Shown one piece after another: positions 19,136-31,254 of a DNA stretch of 64,000 bases. The stretch lies in contig CAWJET010000002.1 in NCBI GenBank assembly GCA_963842085.1, forward strand, positions 1,622,507 through 1,686,506, in the 5' to 3' direction. Origin of the DNA: an uncultured delta proteobacterium. GTDB taxonomy: Bacteria; Desulfobacterota; Binatia; Binatales; Binataceae. Below the pieces are notes generated by a model that worked only from the letters and a program-made list of their open reading frames with translations, did not search any database and was not told the origin of the DNA. Within the stretch, counting starts at the first letter, position 1, and the number at the start of each line of letters is the position of its first letter. Made by a program: the position numbers and the translations under genes.

Positions 19136-19924
19136 CTACCGATTCGGCGACGTCACCGCCAATTCCATCCGTTCTTTGCCAACGGGATCCGCAAAGTACT
19201 CGATGTATCGAAGCACCAGCGCGCTCTCCCGAGCACTCAGAAGATCCCCGAAGGCCGGCATCGCTGTATTCGGCTTGCCGTTGGTTATGATTGAGAAGAG
19301 ATAGACCTCGCTCTGCTTGCTCATCCAGAGCGTATCGGTAAAATCGCGAGGCTCCGGAGAAAGAAGGTTCCCAACCGGGCCCGCCCCGTTTCCCCACTGC
19401 CCGTGGCACCCTATGCAATTGTTTGCATAGATGCTGCGGCCCGCTTTGTATTCGGTGAGTCCGTTTCGAGTCTCAGGAATTGAGCCGGCCGAAACTGGTT
19501 GTAGCGCCGGAGTGACTGATTCGCGGTTGAGATGCTGCAAGTAGGCAATCAGTCCTTCGATTTCAGGGCCAGAAAGCCTTTTGAAAGGTGGCATCCGACT
19601 TTGAGGCATGACCGCTCCGGGATCAATCAGATAAGCTCGATACCAGTCGGCCGTCCGCCGCGGCGTCTTGCGAAGGTCAGGAGGTAATCCGGCACGAGCG
19701 TCGCGCGCACTGTAGGGACGACCCGCGATAATTCCATACATGTGACAGTGATATAGGCATTCCTCTCGAACAAAGACTTGGTATCCGAGGCGCTCAGTTG
19801 GACTGAGCCCGCCTTGCGAATCAGACCTGCAACCGGCCGCCAAAGCTGCCGTGAGCAAGACGGTAACGAAGAGCATTAGTGAATTGAAAAGAGTTGCTGG
19901 TTTGCGCGATAACACGTGCGGCAC
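19136..19924 (-). CDS. Diheme cytochrome c lipoprotein (CcoO-like plus class I domain)
   Basis: Lipobox LAAGC; CLYHCH and CIGCH; PRDFT, TAMPAF. Confidence 0.8.
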   Translation of the reverse strand: MPHVLSRKPATLFNSLMLFVTVLLTAALAAGCRSDSQGGLSPTERLGYQVFVREECLYHCHMYGIIAGRPYSARDARAGLPPDLRKTPRRTADWYRAYLIDPGAVMPQSRMPPFKRLSGPEIEGLIAYLQHLNRESVTPALQPVSAGSIPETRNGLTEYKAGRSIYANNCIGCHGQWGNGAGPVGNLLSPEPRDFTDTLWMSKQSEVYLFSIITNGKPNTAMPAFGDLLSARESALVLRYIEYFADPVGKERMELAVTSPNR

Positions 19925-19928
19925 CCTG

Positions 19929-21011
19929 CTATCGCAGCGTGGTCAGGTAGGCTGTTAAGGCCTCTGTCTGTTGTTGAGTAAGATTGAGCTGGGGCATCTT
20001 CCCGCCGGGCAGGGCCTCCTCGGGATCACGAAGCAGCCTGGCCAGGTCTTTCGCGTTCCGCTTCCTGCCGATGTATGTCAATTCCGGTCCAACTTGTCCG
20101 CCCCTTCTCCCGATCGAGTGGCACATGATGCAACCGGCTCCATCGAAGAGCTCTCTTCCGTCATAGGTCACCAGGCCCGGGCCGGTCATCTCCCGGCCGG
20201 CTTCAGCGGCAACGCCGGACAGTCCGGTCGAATTGGATCCTGCGTTGTTCATCGGCGCTATCGTGCGAGGAGATTGCTCCGAGCCACCGCGCAGTGTCAG
20301 CAGGTAGATGGTGATGTCTTTTATCTGATCCCGGGAAAACGGGAACACGGGCATGGTAGAACCCACGACCACAGACTGGGGCCGGGCCAGATGTGCATAT
20401 AGCCAGAGCCAACTTCGCTGGCTTCCAACCGCAGTGAGGTCGGGTCCTTCCTGCCCGCCGGCGCCTTCGATCTGGTGACAACCCATGCACAAGTTGCGAT
20501 TCACCAATTGCCTGCCGCGGATCACCGCCGACGTGACCTGAGTCGGCAAGGTCCCGGACCCGTGGCAGTTGTAACATGCAGCCTGAAGGTATTCTCCCTT
20601 TATCAATGGATTTGACGAACCTTCGACTTGGCCGTGAGCCTCCAACGTGGTCACGGCCCGTCCCTCGCCGCCATGACAAATGACGCAACCGAACTTCTCC
20701 GGGGGATGACTGCGTAACAGCGCAGAGTGTTGCCTCAAGGGTTCCTGGCCGTCCTTGAACGCCGGGTCGTCAATAGCTATGTGGCAGGTCACGCAACGCT
20801 CGACCGTACCGACCTGAGTCGGAAGGATTTGCTTTATCTCGACCACCTGGCTTCTCGCCCATGCCCTCTGCCCAGCGGTGTGCGTCCGAAGAAGAGCCAA
20901 ATGGTAGTAAGTTCTTTGATACTTTGGCCACTCCTGGTCGAAGTTGTCGCGGAGAGCCCATCCGAGGGTGACCGTGAGAAAGAGACCGGCCGCAACGACC
21001 CACTTTTCCAT
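19929..21011 (-). CDS. Pentaheme cytochrome c with N-terminal anchor
   Basis: CVTCH, CVICH, CYNCH, CMGCH, CIMCH. Confidence 0.9.
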   Translation of the reverse strand: MEKWVVAAGLFLTVTLGWALRDNFDQEWPKYQRTYYHLALLRTHTAGQRAWARSQVVEIKQILPTQVGTVERCVTCHIAIDDPAFKDGQEPLRQHSALLRSHPPEKFGCVICHGGEGRAVTTLEAHGQVEGSSNPLIKGEYLQAACYNCHGSGTLPTQVTSAVIRGRQLVNRNLCMGCHQIEGAGGQEGPDLTAVGSQRSWLWLYAHLARPQSVVVGSTMPVFPFSRDQIKDITIYLLTLRGGSEQSPRTIAPMNNAGSNSTGLSGVAAEAGREMTGPGLVTYDGRELFDGAGCIMCHSIGRRGGQVGPELTYIGRKRNAKDLARLLRDPEEALPGGKMPQLNLTQQQTEALTAYLTTLR

Positions 21012-21029
21012 ACTATCCAGAGCGGGCTG

Positions 21030-22301
21030 CTAAGCCGGGGCACCGGGCCAGGCCTGCCACGGCCAATAGAACTTCCAGTTGGGGCCGCGGCAGAAGATTC
21101 CGATCGCTGTAGTCAATACAATCACTATCAAGATGAGAGTCCATACAACGAGTATCGGCGTGCGTTCCCGCGCGAACCACACGCCGATTCCTTTTGGTCT
21201 CCGATCTACGTAAGGCAGCGCGACGAGGAATGTCGTGAGCAGCACCGGAGCGACGACACCGCCCCAGAAGGCCGAGTAACTCACCATCTCTTGCAGGCCA
21301 AGGAAGTACCATGGCGCCTTGGAGGGATTGTTCGGCTGAAGAGGGTTGGCCTGTTGCTCGAGCGGGGCGTTGAACAACAGCGAGGTGGCCATCAGAGCCC
21401 CCATCAGAACTAGGAAAACTGCGAGCTCAACGTAGAATACGGTAGGAAAGGTCTGGACTACCGGCTCGGCTTGCGGAGCTGCGGCAGCTTTTGCCCCCGC
21501 CGGTGCGAGATTTTCGTGTGGATGGGCCAGGCCACCATCCTTGATGACCCGCCAGATGTGATAGTTAATGATCAGGGCGGCAAAGCAAGGTATTGCTATC
21601 ACGTGTAGCGCATAAAAGCGCAATAGCGCGTCGCTCCCGACCGCGTTGCCGCCTAACAGCAGATACCGGAGCTTTGGCCCGACAAGCGGAGCGTAGCTCG
21701 CGATGTTCGTGCCTACCGTCACAGCCCAAAACGAAAGCTGATCCCAAGGCAGAAGGTAACCGGTAAAGCTCAGCGCTAGGGTCAGAAAGAGCAGCGTCAC
21801 CCCGAGAATCCAGTTGAACTCTCTGGGCGGTTTGTAGGACCCCGTGTAGAATACCCGACACATGTGAAGCGCGACGGCAGCCACCATCGCTTCACCACCC
21901 CAACGGTGTAGGTTGCGCATCAACTGCCCGAAGGCTACTACGTAGTCGATGTCCAAAATGCGGCCATAGGCCCCAGTAGTTGAGGGCTCGTAGTAGAACA
22001 TGAGATAGACGCCGGTTATCCACTCGATGATAAATAGGTAGAAACAGATCAAGCCGAGTCCGAAGGTGGACGTGGGCCTGATGCTTCGGCGGTAAACCCT
22101 GGTTGGATGGACGTGAAGAACCAGGTTGCTTACTACGACGGCCAGCCGCTGTCGCGCGCTCCGCGGGTATGGTCCCCGGAAAATCGATCGATAGATGACG
22201 CCAAGGGCCTCGTGCGCGGCCGTAGGCGAGCCCTTCAGCACTCGGCCGAACGCGGCGACGTGACCACGAGCCTTCTGGTCTTGCGGCTCGCCCTGATTCA
22301 T
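21030..22301 (-). CDS. Cytochrome b of a Rieske/cyt b complex (b6-like fused to subunit IV-like)
   Basis: LHRWG...[22 protein letters not shown]...YHIW, KAPWYF. Confidence 0.93.
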   Translation of the reverse strand: MNQGEPQDQKARGHVAAFGRVLKGSPTAAHEALGVIYRSIFRGPYPRSARQRLAVVVSNLVLHVHPTRVYRRSIRPTSTFGLGLICFYLFIIEWITGVYLMFYYEPSTTGAYGRILDIDYVVAFGQLMRNLHRWGGEAMVAAVALHMCRVFYTGSYKPPREFNWILGVTLLFLTLALSFTGYLLPWDQLSFWAVTVGTNIASYAPLVGPKLRYLLLGGNAVGSDALLRFYALHVIAIPCFAALIINYHIWRVIKDGGLAHPHENLAPAGAKAAAAPQAEPVVQTFPTVFYVELAVFLVLMGALMATSLLFNAPLEQQANPLQPNNPSKAPWYFLGLQEMVSYSAFWGGVVAPVLLTTFLVALPYVDRRPKGIGVWFARERTPILVVWTLILIVIVLTTAIGIFCRGPNWKFYWPWQAWPGAPA

Positions 22302-23611
22302 AGGCCGGCGGCCTCCCACCCGGTGGCTTGCTTGAGCACGCCGCTTTTAATGCAGCCGAGGACTCTAATATCTCCGTCATCAAGAGTGAGCAGCGTCGCT
22401 GGTTCAGAATCTGCGCCGGCGCCGCGCAGCCTGGTTCCCCAAGCGCCCTTCTCTACCCAGAACAGAGAACTGTTTTCGCACCTCGCTATGTCGGTGACAG
22501 TGGAGTCAGGGGACGGGGAAAATCCGGTTGTCCTCAACTGGAAGGCTGATTCCTTTGCTCCCGCCAGAAAGCCCCGGTCGCGAAAGCGGCCGTTCAGCCA
22601 ATGGCGGCGAACCACGAGGATTTCATTGCTGGTCGCGGACCAGCGCAGGCAGCCAAATGCCGCATCTGGCTCCTCCGCAACGCTGATGTTCCGGCCCGTT
22701 CGAAGGTCAGTCACCACCAGAACGTTTCCGGGCGGAGCACCGGGCGCTGTGATGTCGCTGACCGGTAATGACTGCGGGTTCGATGACAAGTAGGCGAGAA
22801 AATCGCCGTCCGAAGAGAGCCGGGGACGCCCGACATAAGCAGTCTCCGCAAGGATCTCTTTCGGGCTCTGCCCATTGAAGCTCATCGCCCAGAGGCCACT
22901 ATCGATCATGCCGCGGAAAGGCAGCAGCCCCTGGAAATAAGCTTCCCCTGTTTCCGCAGACCACCCGAGCGGGACAGGAATAGCCTCTGCCATCGTCTTC
23001 CTCGAATCTGACGAGATGACGACGCGGCCATCTCCCGCGCCAATGTCGGCCAGTACGGTGCGCCAGTGCGCATGACGGCTTCGGCTCTCTCGCAAATTCA
23101 TCTCGGTGAAGATCAATTCCGTGGGGCGTGAACCGAAAGAAAACCCCAGAATCGCGAATCCGTTCTCGGGCTTGACCCGGTAAATGCAGCCCTCCCTGAA
23201 ATTCAGGATCTCTAAATAGTTCCGACACGGATCCACTCCTTCACGCGCCAGATACGCGACCTGGTCCGGGGCACCGGTAATATCCATTTCCCCGGAGGGC
23301 CGCGTGACGAGCGCAACCAGCGCTCCGCTGCGAAGATCGAGCGAGGCCAGTGTAGTAGAGCCCCATCGAATAGTAGCTACCAGCAATCCCTGACCGGGGA
23401 GGACAGGCCAGGCACGCGATTCGCGGCTGAACACCTCGCGAATTCCATCACCTCGCGAGTGCAGATTCTGAGAGTCGGAGTTCGAAGAAGGGCTTTCAGA
23501 TACTATTGAGGGACTCGGGGCGCAACCTGAGAATAGAATCGAGAGCGCGGCAATGGCCGCAATGTTAGCGCAAGTCTTCAAAACAGATCGGTCACAGAAA
23601 ACACTAAACAA
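22298..23611 (-). CDS. Predicted lipoprotein with TolB-like beta-propeller
   Basis: Lipobox LFSGC; [18 protein letters not shown]; overlaps both neighbours. Confidence 0.6.
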   Translation of the reverse strand: MFSVFCDRSVLKTCANIAAIAALSILFSGCAPSPSIVSESPSSNSDSQNLHSRGDGIREVFSRESRAWPVLPGQGLLVATIRWGSTTLASLDLRSGALVALVTRPSGEMDITGAPDQVAYLAREGVDPCRNYLEILNFREGCIYRVKPENGFAILGFSFGSRPTELIFTEMNLRESRSRHAHWRTVLADIGAGDGRVVISSDSRKTMAEAIPVPLGWSAETGEAYFQGLLPFRGMIDSGLWAMSFNGQSPKEILAETAYVGRPRLSSDGDFLAYLSSNPQSLPVSDITAPGAPPGNVLVVTDLRTGRNISVAEEPDAAFGCLRWSATSNEILVVRRHWLNGRFRDRGFLAGAKESAFQLRTTGFSPSPDSTVTDIARCENSSLFWVEKGAWGTRLRGAGADSEPATLLTLDDGDIRVLGCIKSGVLKQATGWEAAGL

Positions 23612-24074
23612 ACTTGAAATAAGTTTCTCTGGGAACGCTGAAACTTGTGTCCACTACCAGTTGTCCGTCGGGAGCCTGAAGAATCCTGAACCAGGGCAGC
23701 GGCCTCGGAGCGGGTCCCGAGAGCACCACACCGTTCGCGTCGTACTTGCTGCCATGACAGGGACATTGGTAGCCCCACTCGACTCTGGCGACTGCGCAGC
23801 CGAGATGAGTGCAGGTCGCAGACATCGCCCTGATGCCGCGCTCGGTCGATATGAGGAACAGCCGGTCTTTGCCGAAGAATACCTCGGTCCCCGGCGGAAA
23901 GTCTTCGGGTTTTCCGACCTGGATCGCGGCAGGGGAACCGAACGTGACATTCGGCACCAGAAATCGGAGCGAACCGGCCCCCATAATGGCCACCGGCAGA
24001 CTCACTCCGCTCCAGGCCAGTAAGGTCAGGAACTCCTCACGCGTTAGCTTCTTCACTCTTGCGCCCCGAGACAA
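23604..24074 (-). CDS. Rieske [2Fe-2S] protein
   Basis: [21 protein letters not shown]; N-terminal TM helix. Confidence 0.95.
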   Translation of the reverse strand: MSRGARVKKLTREEFLTLLAWSGVSLPVAIMGAGSLRFLVPNVTFGSPAAIQVGKPEDFPPGTEVFFGKDRLFLISTERGIRAMSATCTHLGCAVARVEWGYQCPCHGSKYDANGVVLSGPAPRPLPWFRILQAPDGQLVVDTSFSVPRETYFKFV

Positions 24075-24101
24075 CCAACCACGCCCGATGTCCCCGCGCT
24101 A

Positions 24102-24300
24102 TCAGGTGGCAGTGCCAACTACGCAGTTGCGGCCCAGATTATTGTAGTGTGTGTCACGCAGCGCGGGCGCAAAGCCGGCGGCATCGATGCAGCCTTCCAC
24201 TTGCTGTATCAGGAGTTGCGTCGGGTCCGGGAGTTGTTTGCCGGTGGCCATCATGACCGCGTTGGTCGCGCTTATCGAGCCGGTCCCGCAAAGATCAGAA
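24102..24300 (-). pseudogene. C-terminal remnant of a second MqnC-like radical SAM paralog
   Basis: DLCGTGSISATNA...GKQLPDPTQLLIQQVEGCIDAAG...LRDTHYN matches [13 protein letters not shown]...[23 protein letters not shown]...LRDPYYN of 16563-17780. Confidence 0.88.
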
Positions 24301-24366
24301 GTCGCACATCTGAGACGCGCTGGTCCGCAGATTACGCACCGGAATCTCGTAAGGACAGGCCGCCGA

Positions 24367-24645
24367 TCAGACGCCACACTCGTCGCACAACCTTTCATTG
24401 GATGATGACGCGTCTTCTTCGCATTTGCGCATCGCGGAGGACACGTGACCTTGGCTTGAAGACATCCCTCCGCCTTTGCCGAAATGCGCTCCAGAAGCCG
24501 TTACACAGGTAGCATTCGTGCAGTGATTGCACAAGCGCGGCATGTAAAAGAAGTATCGGTTGGGCCATTCTCCCGCGCCTTGGTCCTTCTCCCAGATCGG
24601 ACCCAATTTGACCCCGGCTGGCCGTTTTCTTTCGTGACCGAATGG
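24367..24645 (-). pseudogene. Internal remnant of a second FeS beta subunit paralog
   Basis: GPIWEKDQGAGEWPNRYFFYMPRLCNHCT...CDECGV* matches 2508-3629. Confidence 0.9.
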
Positions 24646-24720
24646 AGGGCGCGATCACGCTTACCAAAACGCCGAAGATCAACCGAAGGAAGCAGGTGTG
24701 CTCCGCAAAATTATTCGGGT

Positions 24721-24824
24721 TGTGCCTATTCAAAACCTAAAGTCTGACGCATTGACTATACAGGCCGCCGAGGATTGGAATCGCCACGCACACCGCAAGG
24801 CTAATCCTGCCATCGTCCGTGCCT
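24721..24824 (-). mobile_element. 3' end and terminal IR of an integrase-core (IS3/IS481-like) element
   Basis: VAIPILGGLYSQCVRL* followed by IR TGTGCCTATTCAAAAC. Confidence 0.6.
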
Positions 24825-24828
24825 CTAG

Positions 24829-25489
24829 CAGGCTGTTGAAAAATTCCCTTCTGATGGGATCGACGAAACGTTTTGCATCTGTATAGTGGAACGAAGCGAT
24901 GTGGGATGAGGTTGAGGAGGAAGCGGAAGATGCGGGGACACGATCGGCCACAGGCTACAATGCTGACCTTGGTGAACCCCGAGCAGCGGGTCCCGGCCAA
25001 CCATCCGATCAGACTGATCAAGGCGCTGGCTGAGGTGGCGCTCAAGGAACTCTCGCCGTTGTTCGAGCAGATGTACAGTGAAGTGGGCCGACCCTCGATC
25101 CCGCCGGAGCGGTTGTTGAAAGCCTCGCTGTTGATGGCGCTCTACACGGTGCGCAGCTAGCGGATGTTCTGTGAGCAGTTGGACTACAATCTCTTGTTCC
25201 GCTGGTTCCTGGATCTGAACTGGGACGAGCCGAGCTTCGACCACTCCAGCTTTAGCCGCAATCGGGCGCGGTTGCTGGAGCACGACGTGGCGGGCGAGTT
25301 TTTCCGCACCGTAGTTGCAGAGGCCCGCGAGCTTAGGCTGACCAGCGACGAGCACTTCACGGTGGACGGCACGCTGATCGAAGCCTGGGCTTCGCTCAAG
25401 AGCTTCAAGCGTAAGGATGAGGGTCCGACTGAAACACCTGACGACCCGGGCAACCCAAGCGTGAACTTCCACGGCCAACGGCGCCAAAA
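24829..25489 (+). mobile_element. IS5 family remnant (in-frame TAG, truncated by IS21)
   Basis: CTAG then CAGGCTGTTGAAAAA IR; GRPSIPPERLLKA...FDHSSFSRNR...VDGTLIEAWAS. Confidence 0.88.
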
Positions 25490-26731
<1,242 letters not shown>

Positions 26732-26798
26732 TAGGCCAGCTAATATCGCGATAAAAGCGCCACATCCCTGTCAACTCAAGGAGGACTTCTCCTCCGGC

Positions 26799-27965
26799 CT
26801 ACACAACCTCGCGAAACGCCATCGCCGGAACGACGCGCATCGCGCGAATCACCGGACCCAGCGCGCTCGCGATACTCACTAGGACCGCCGAGACGATCGC
26901 CGCCGCCGCTGTTTCCGGACGCACCTCGAGATAGCCCAGCATCCCGGTTATCTCGCCGAGCCTGATACCGTGCGCAAACATCCAGAGTGCGAGGCCCGCA
27001 CCGACGATCGATCCGAAGAGCCCGATGAGCGCCGCCTCGGTGAACAGCAGGACCGCGATATGCGTCCGCGTGAATCCAAGCGCGCGCATCACTGCCACTT
27101 CATTGATTCTGTCGCGCACCATCATCGCCATCGAGTTGGCAGCGATCAGCAGAACCGTCAGCAGCACTACCATGCACAGGCTGTAGACGATCGCACGGAT
27201 GTTGCCGATTGCGCTGACCACGTTGGCCACCGAATCGGACTCGGTCGTCGTTTCGGTTTCCGCGTCGGAGTTGTGAAAATTCTCGTCGATCTCGTCAGCC
27301 ACCAATCCCATGTTTTCTTCACGATCGACACGCACCATGATGAACGAGGCCCGGTCCTGGATATTGGCGCCGTAGAGATTCTTCACCGCGTCGTCCAGCA
27401 TCCTGCGATCGAACAAAAACGCACGTGACAAATATTCGGTCGGAAACTCGACAATCGGAATGAACGTCAGCGCGAGCTTCGCATCGCTGGGATTGCGCAG
27501 CGTAAGCGGTTCACCGAGTTTCCATCCGTACTCGCGCATTAGCGCGTATCCGACCAGCGCGCTGCGGCGATCCGTCTGCATCATCTTCACCTTGTCCGCA
27601 GGTATCTGGTAGTCGCTGCTCCCGGTGACGCTCGCGATGTCGGCATTTATTCCATAAGTGATGATCGGGTCCTTGGGATCGCGATAGATCGCGCCCCAGA
27701 GGATCTCCGGCGCGCATCCCATCACGTGCCGCAGCTTTTTGATCGGATCGCAGTATCGCGCCGGCAGCCGGCCGTTATTGCGCTCGGTCACCACCAGGCG
27801 CAATCCCTTCGATGCATTGTCGGCGATCCGATCCATCGACCACGGCACCGCGACCAGCACCGTGAAGATGAACACCGCGACGGCAAAGGTCAGCCCAGTC
27901 AGGATCGTGCGTCGAAGCTGACGGCGCATGTTGCGCAAGGCGATCGTCAGCAGCCTGGCCGTCAT
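26799..27965 (-). CDS. ABC transporter permease (MacB/FtsX-like)
   Basis: RNMRRQLRRTILT, RDRINEVAVMRALGF. Confidence 0.88.
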   Translation of the reverse strand: MTARLLTIALRNMRRQLRRTILTGLTFAVAVFIFTVLVAVPWSMDRIADNASKGLRLVVTERNNGRLPARYCDPIKKLRHVMGCAPEILWGAIYRDPKDPIITYGINADIASVTGSSDYQIPADKVKMMQTDRRSALVGYALMREYGWKLGEPLTLRNPSDAKLALTFIPIVEFPTEYLSRAFLFDRRMLDDAVKNLYGANIQDRASFIMVRVDREENMGLVADEIDENFHNSDAETETTTESDSVANVVSAIGNIRAIVYSLCMVVLLTVLLIAANSMAMMVRDRINEVAVMRALGFTRTHIAVLLFTEAALIGLFGSIVGAGLALWMFAHGIRLGEITGMLGYLEVRPETAAAAIVSAVLVSIASALGPVIRAMRVVPAMAFREVV

Positions 27966-27967
27966 CG

Positions 27968-29128
27968 TCACGTCTCCCTTAGAGCGTTGACGATTTGGAT
28001 TCGCGAAGCGCGCAGCGCTGGCATCAGCCCGCCCGCGACACCGATAATCGCGGCCACCACGACGCCGGCCGCGATTGCACCCGCCGTCGGCCGATATGAA
28101 AAGAACATCGCGCCGACACTCATCGTGCGGCTGGTCAATCCGGTCGCCCATGCGACCGCGGTTGCCAGCACGACACCGGCGACACCGCCAGCGATGCCCA
28201 GGATGACGCTCTCGATTACGAAGCTGCTCAGGATGTTGGCGCGCGAGAAGCCCAATACACGCAGCACTCCGATTTCGCGCCCGCGGCGGGTCACCGCTGT
28301 ATACATCGTGTTCATGCCGCCGAAGGTCGCGCCAATGGCCAACGCGAGCGCCACTATCAACCCGAGCATCCGCAGTTGCAACGCCACCGCCGCCTGCGCG
28401 GCGTAGTATTCGGTTTCGGTTTCGACCTGGAGGCTCAGGCGGCCGTCGGCCTTGAGTGCCTGCGCAAATTCAGCGGCCCTCCCGGGCTTCAGCACCAGAT
28501 GCAGCGCCGCGGCACCGCCGGCGTCCCAGTGAAAGTCATTGATCAGGTCGTCAAGGTCGGTCCAGGCTTCCGATTCGCGCGCGCTGTCGTTGTCGGAGAA
28601 GACCCCTACGATCTTCCAATCGCGATGCTCATAGTGAAAAGAGCTGCCCGGCGTGAGATAGGGGAACCGCGCCAGCAGCCGTCGCCCGACGACCCATTCC
28701 CCATTGCCGCGCTCCGGCCAATGCCCATCCACGAGACGAAGGTTCGGATGCACTTCGTAGGCGGTTGGCTCGACGCCGCGAAGCAGCGCGAATTCCTTGG
28801 CGCCGCGCGTCCTGCTGACGTTTACGCCGACGATACTCTCGCGCGAAAGCAGCGGTTGATGCTGTCGGTCGGTCGCAATTTCCGGACGCACCCGGAGGAT
28901 CTCGACGGCCTGATGGGGAACGAAGCTCTCGTTCTCGCTGGTCACTCCACGCGCCATCACGATCACGTTACGATCTTCGCCGGTATTGAGCAGCGATTGC
29001 CTGAGCCCGGCGGCAAATCCGAAGACGAGGACGAAGATCATCGCGACCAGCGCGACGCCCAGTATCGTCATCAGAGACGTCGCGCGGCGCTCCATCACGC
29101 TGCGAAAGTTGTAGCGAATCGGCACCAT
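27968..29128 (-). CDS. ABC transporter permease (MacB/FtsX-like)
   Basis: GGMNTMYTAVTRRGREIGVLRVLGF; no ATPase gene adjacent. Confidence 0.88.
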   Translation of the reverse strand: MVPIRYNFRSVMERRATSLMTILGVALVAMIFVLVFGFAAGLRQSLLNTGEDRNVIVMARGVTSENESFVPHQAVEILRVRPEIATDRQHQPLLSRESIVGVNVSRTRGAKEFALLRGVEPTAYEVHPNLRLVDGHWPERGNGEWVVGRRLLARFPYLTPGSSFHYEHRDWKIVGVFSDNDSARESEAWTDLDDLINDFHWDAGGAAALHLVLKPGRAAEFAQALKADGRLSLQVETETEYYAAQAAVALQLRMLGLIVALALAIGATFGGMNTMYTAVTRRGREIGVLRVLGFSRANILSSFVIESVILGIAGGVAGVVLATAVAWATGLTSRTMSVGAMFFSYRPTAGAIAAGVVVAAIIGVAGGLMPALRASRIQIVNALRET

Positions 29129-29331
29129 CGCCCCACACCCGCATTGCCGACCTGCTGAAACCGGAAGTTAACTCTGACGATTTGCCATCCTAATGGGAAT
29201 CCCGCTTGGCCAAAAGGCCCCTTCGGCTCCCGCCCCCGAGCAAAAGGAAAGAACCCAATCTCGAAGAGCGAATTGGCGACGGTTGAGGCTGCGGATGAGA
29301 GCCTTGCTGGTGTTGCCATTGGTCTGCTGCT

Positions 29332-29772
29332 TCATTCGATTCTCTTTCCTTCGGGTTCATCCGCGTCGATGAATGCGTCGAGGATGTCGCTGCGAGTGAT
29401 GATCCCGGCCAACGCGTTGTGCTCGACGATTGGTATTGCACCGATCCTCTCCCGCCGCATCAGCCGCGCTGCGTCCGCGACCGTATGCTCAGGCGTCAGT
29501 GTCAGCACGTTGGTGGTCATCACCGACTCTACCGTAATCTTATCGGCGGGCGGCGCGCTCAAATGCGCACGAGTCGCGGCTTCCGCAGCACTCGCTACGG
29601 CAGATCGGGCGTCGCGCAGATCGCGATCCGTGACGATGCCGACGAGGCTGCGGTTCACGACCACGGGTAGCTGGTTGATCCGATACTCCTCGATCAGCGT
29701 TCTTGCGCGCGCCACCGTGTCGCGCGGTTTCACCGTGTGTACGGGGATCTTCATGAGCCGTCTGATACGCAA
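29332..29772 (-). CDS. CBS domain pair protein
   Basis: INQLPVV...GIVTDRDL; IGAIPIV...GIITRSDIL. Confidence 0.9.
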   Translation of the reverse strand: MRIRRLMKIPVHTVKPRDTVARARTLIEEYRINQLPVVVNRSLVGIVTDRDLRDARSAVASAAEAATRAHLSAPPADKITVESVMTTNVLTLTPEHTVADAARLMRRERIGAIPIVEHNALAGIITRSDILDAFIDADEPEGKRIE

Positions 29773-29794
29773 TTTGTATTCTCCTTGCGTGCCC

Positions 29795-30187
29795 TTAGCC
29801 GTTCATGATCTGGCTGGCTCCGGCAACGACCTGTAAAAACGCCCTGAGCAGATCACTCGTGGTGACGATGCCGACCAGCTTTCCGTCGGCGACAATCGGC
29901 AGTCCACCGATTTTGTGCTTCAGCATCAGGCGGGCCGCGTCTTCCACTGTATTGTGTGGCGTGACCGTGATGAGCGCTGTTCGCATCGCGGCGTTCACAC
30001 GCGTGGATCCAAGGTAGCCCAAGTGCTCACGTATATCGCGCTCGGTAAGGATCCCAACGAGTTGCCCGCCGTCCACCACCGGCAAACGCCTGAACCGCCC
30101 GTCATCCATAACGGCCTTTGCGTTCGCCAGCGTGTCGTCAGGGTTGATTACGATTGGGTCCCGCGTCATCAGATCGACAATGTTCAT
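29795..30187 (-). CDS. CBS domain pair protein
   Basis: FRRLPVV...GILTERDI; IGGLPIV...GIVTTSDLL. Confidence 0.92.
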   Translation of the reverse strand: MNIVDLMTRDPIVINPDDTLANAKAVMDDGRFRRLPVVDGGQLVGILTERDIREHLGYLGSTRVNAAMRTALITVTPHNTVEDAARLMLKHKIGGLPIVADGKLVGIVTTSDLLRAFLQVVAGASQIMNG

Positions 30188-30214
30188 GTTGTCCTCCGTG
30201 GCAGCCCATTGATT

Positions 30215-30230
30215 AGCAATTCGCTTGCCA
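30215..30230 (-). promoter_or_regulatory. Putative sigma-54 promoter of the CBS genes
   Basis: Minus strand TGGCAAGCGAATTGCT. Confidence 0.65.
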
Positions 30231-30850
30231 TGGGGGCTGAACGTCGATCACCAAGAGTTACGCTGAGATGCAGAAAGATTCCGTCGACAGGCGGAATTAA
30301 CGCGCCTCTTCCGCAGCATCAATTGGAAGCATCAGCATTTGTGAGTGATGCGATCGGACACACCACAGCGCGGCCGGCGCTCGGATGATCGGCCACGGAA
30401 TCGGACATACGAAGCGGGTTGTTACGCGAAGAGCGCTGTCGACCACACTCCTTGGCCATGCGCGACGGAAGATTCTGCATCTGAATGTCACCCAGCATCC
30501 GACCGCAGGTTGGCTCTCCCGCCAGATCACATAGGCATTTCCCTGGGACACCGCGCCGTGTCCATTGGCTGAACGTTCGACTCCGAAGCTATAGGTTCTC
30601 AAACAATAGGACGAAGTACGCGAGGGCATTCTGACTGTCTCGTCACCCGGGATCAGGTTTTCGGTACCGACAGCGGTTCCTTGCGGTCAGCGTCCAAGGG
30701 GAACATTCGGCACAGCCGGACGAACATCAGCCGATGGCTTTAGGTTTTGAACAAGCACAACCGAAATTGTGTTCCATCGGGAACGAATGCTGTGAGGAGA
30801 GTGTGAAATTCTAGTGGCGGGTGAGGTTTGACCGCGGGGAGTTTCCGCTT

Positions 30851-31202
30851 TTACTTTTCCTTGAGGCGCGGATCGTCGCCCGCGATGCATCGAGCAAAGA
30901 GTATCCGCCCCAAATAGGATTCATGGTCCAAATCTTCCCAAGTAATTTTTGCATGAGCGTAAATCGCTTGAATTCTGCTGTTGACGTCCGCGTTCAAATG
31001 GGTCAGCTGCGACTCGCATTCATGGAGCGATTCAAATTCGTCTAATTGAACCCGCGATAGGCGCATTAGAATCGAATTCTTTGACCAAATGACGGCTGAA
31101 CACCCAAGCAGAGGCCTGAGCAAATAGCGATGGCTCCTTTGGCGGCGGCACCATCAAATACCAGCCCACCAGCGCGAGCGCGGCGGCGTGGCGCGGCTTC
31201 AT
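30851..31202 (-). pseudogene. Small secreted 'PRHAAALALVGWYLM...CIAxDDPRL' protein, unit D (frameshifted)
   Basis: MKPRHAAALALVGWYLMVPP in one frame; ...CIAGDDPRLKEK* in another. Confidence 0.75.
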
Positions 31203-31254
31203 TCTACTTTTCCTTCTCTTGTTTCCGCCGAAGGCTGGGAAATCCTGTGATGTC

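Noticed and set aside
25158-25160. Pyrrolysine or readthrough at the in-frame TAG in IS5
   Set aside because: Simple GAG>TAG nonsense change in an element that is also truncated.
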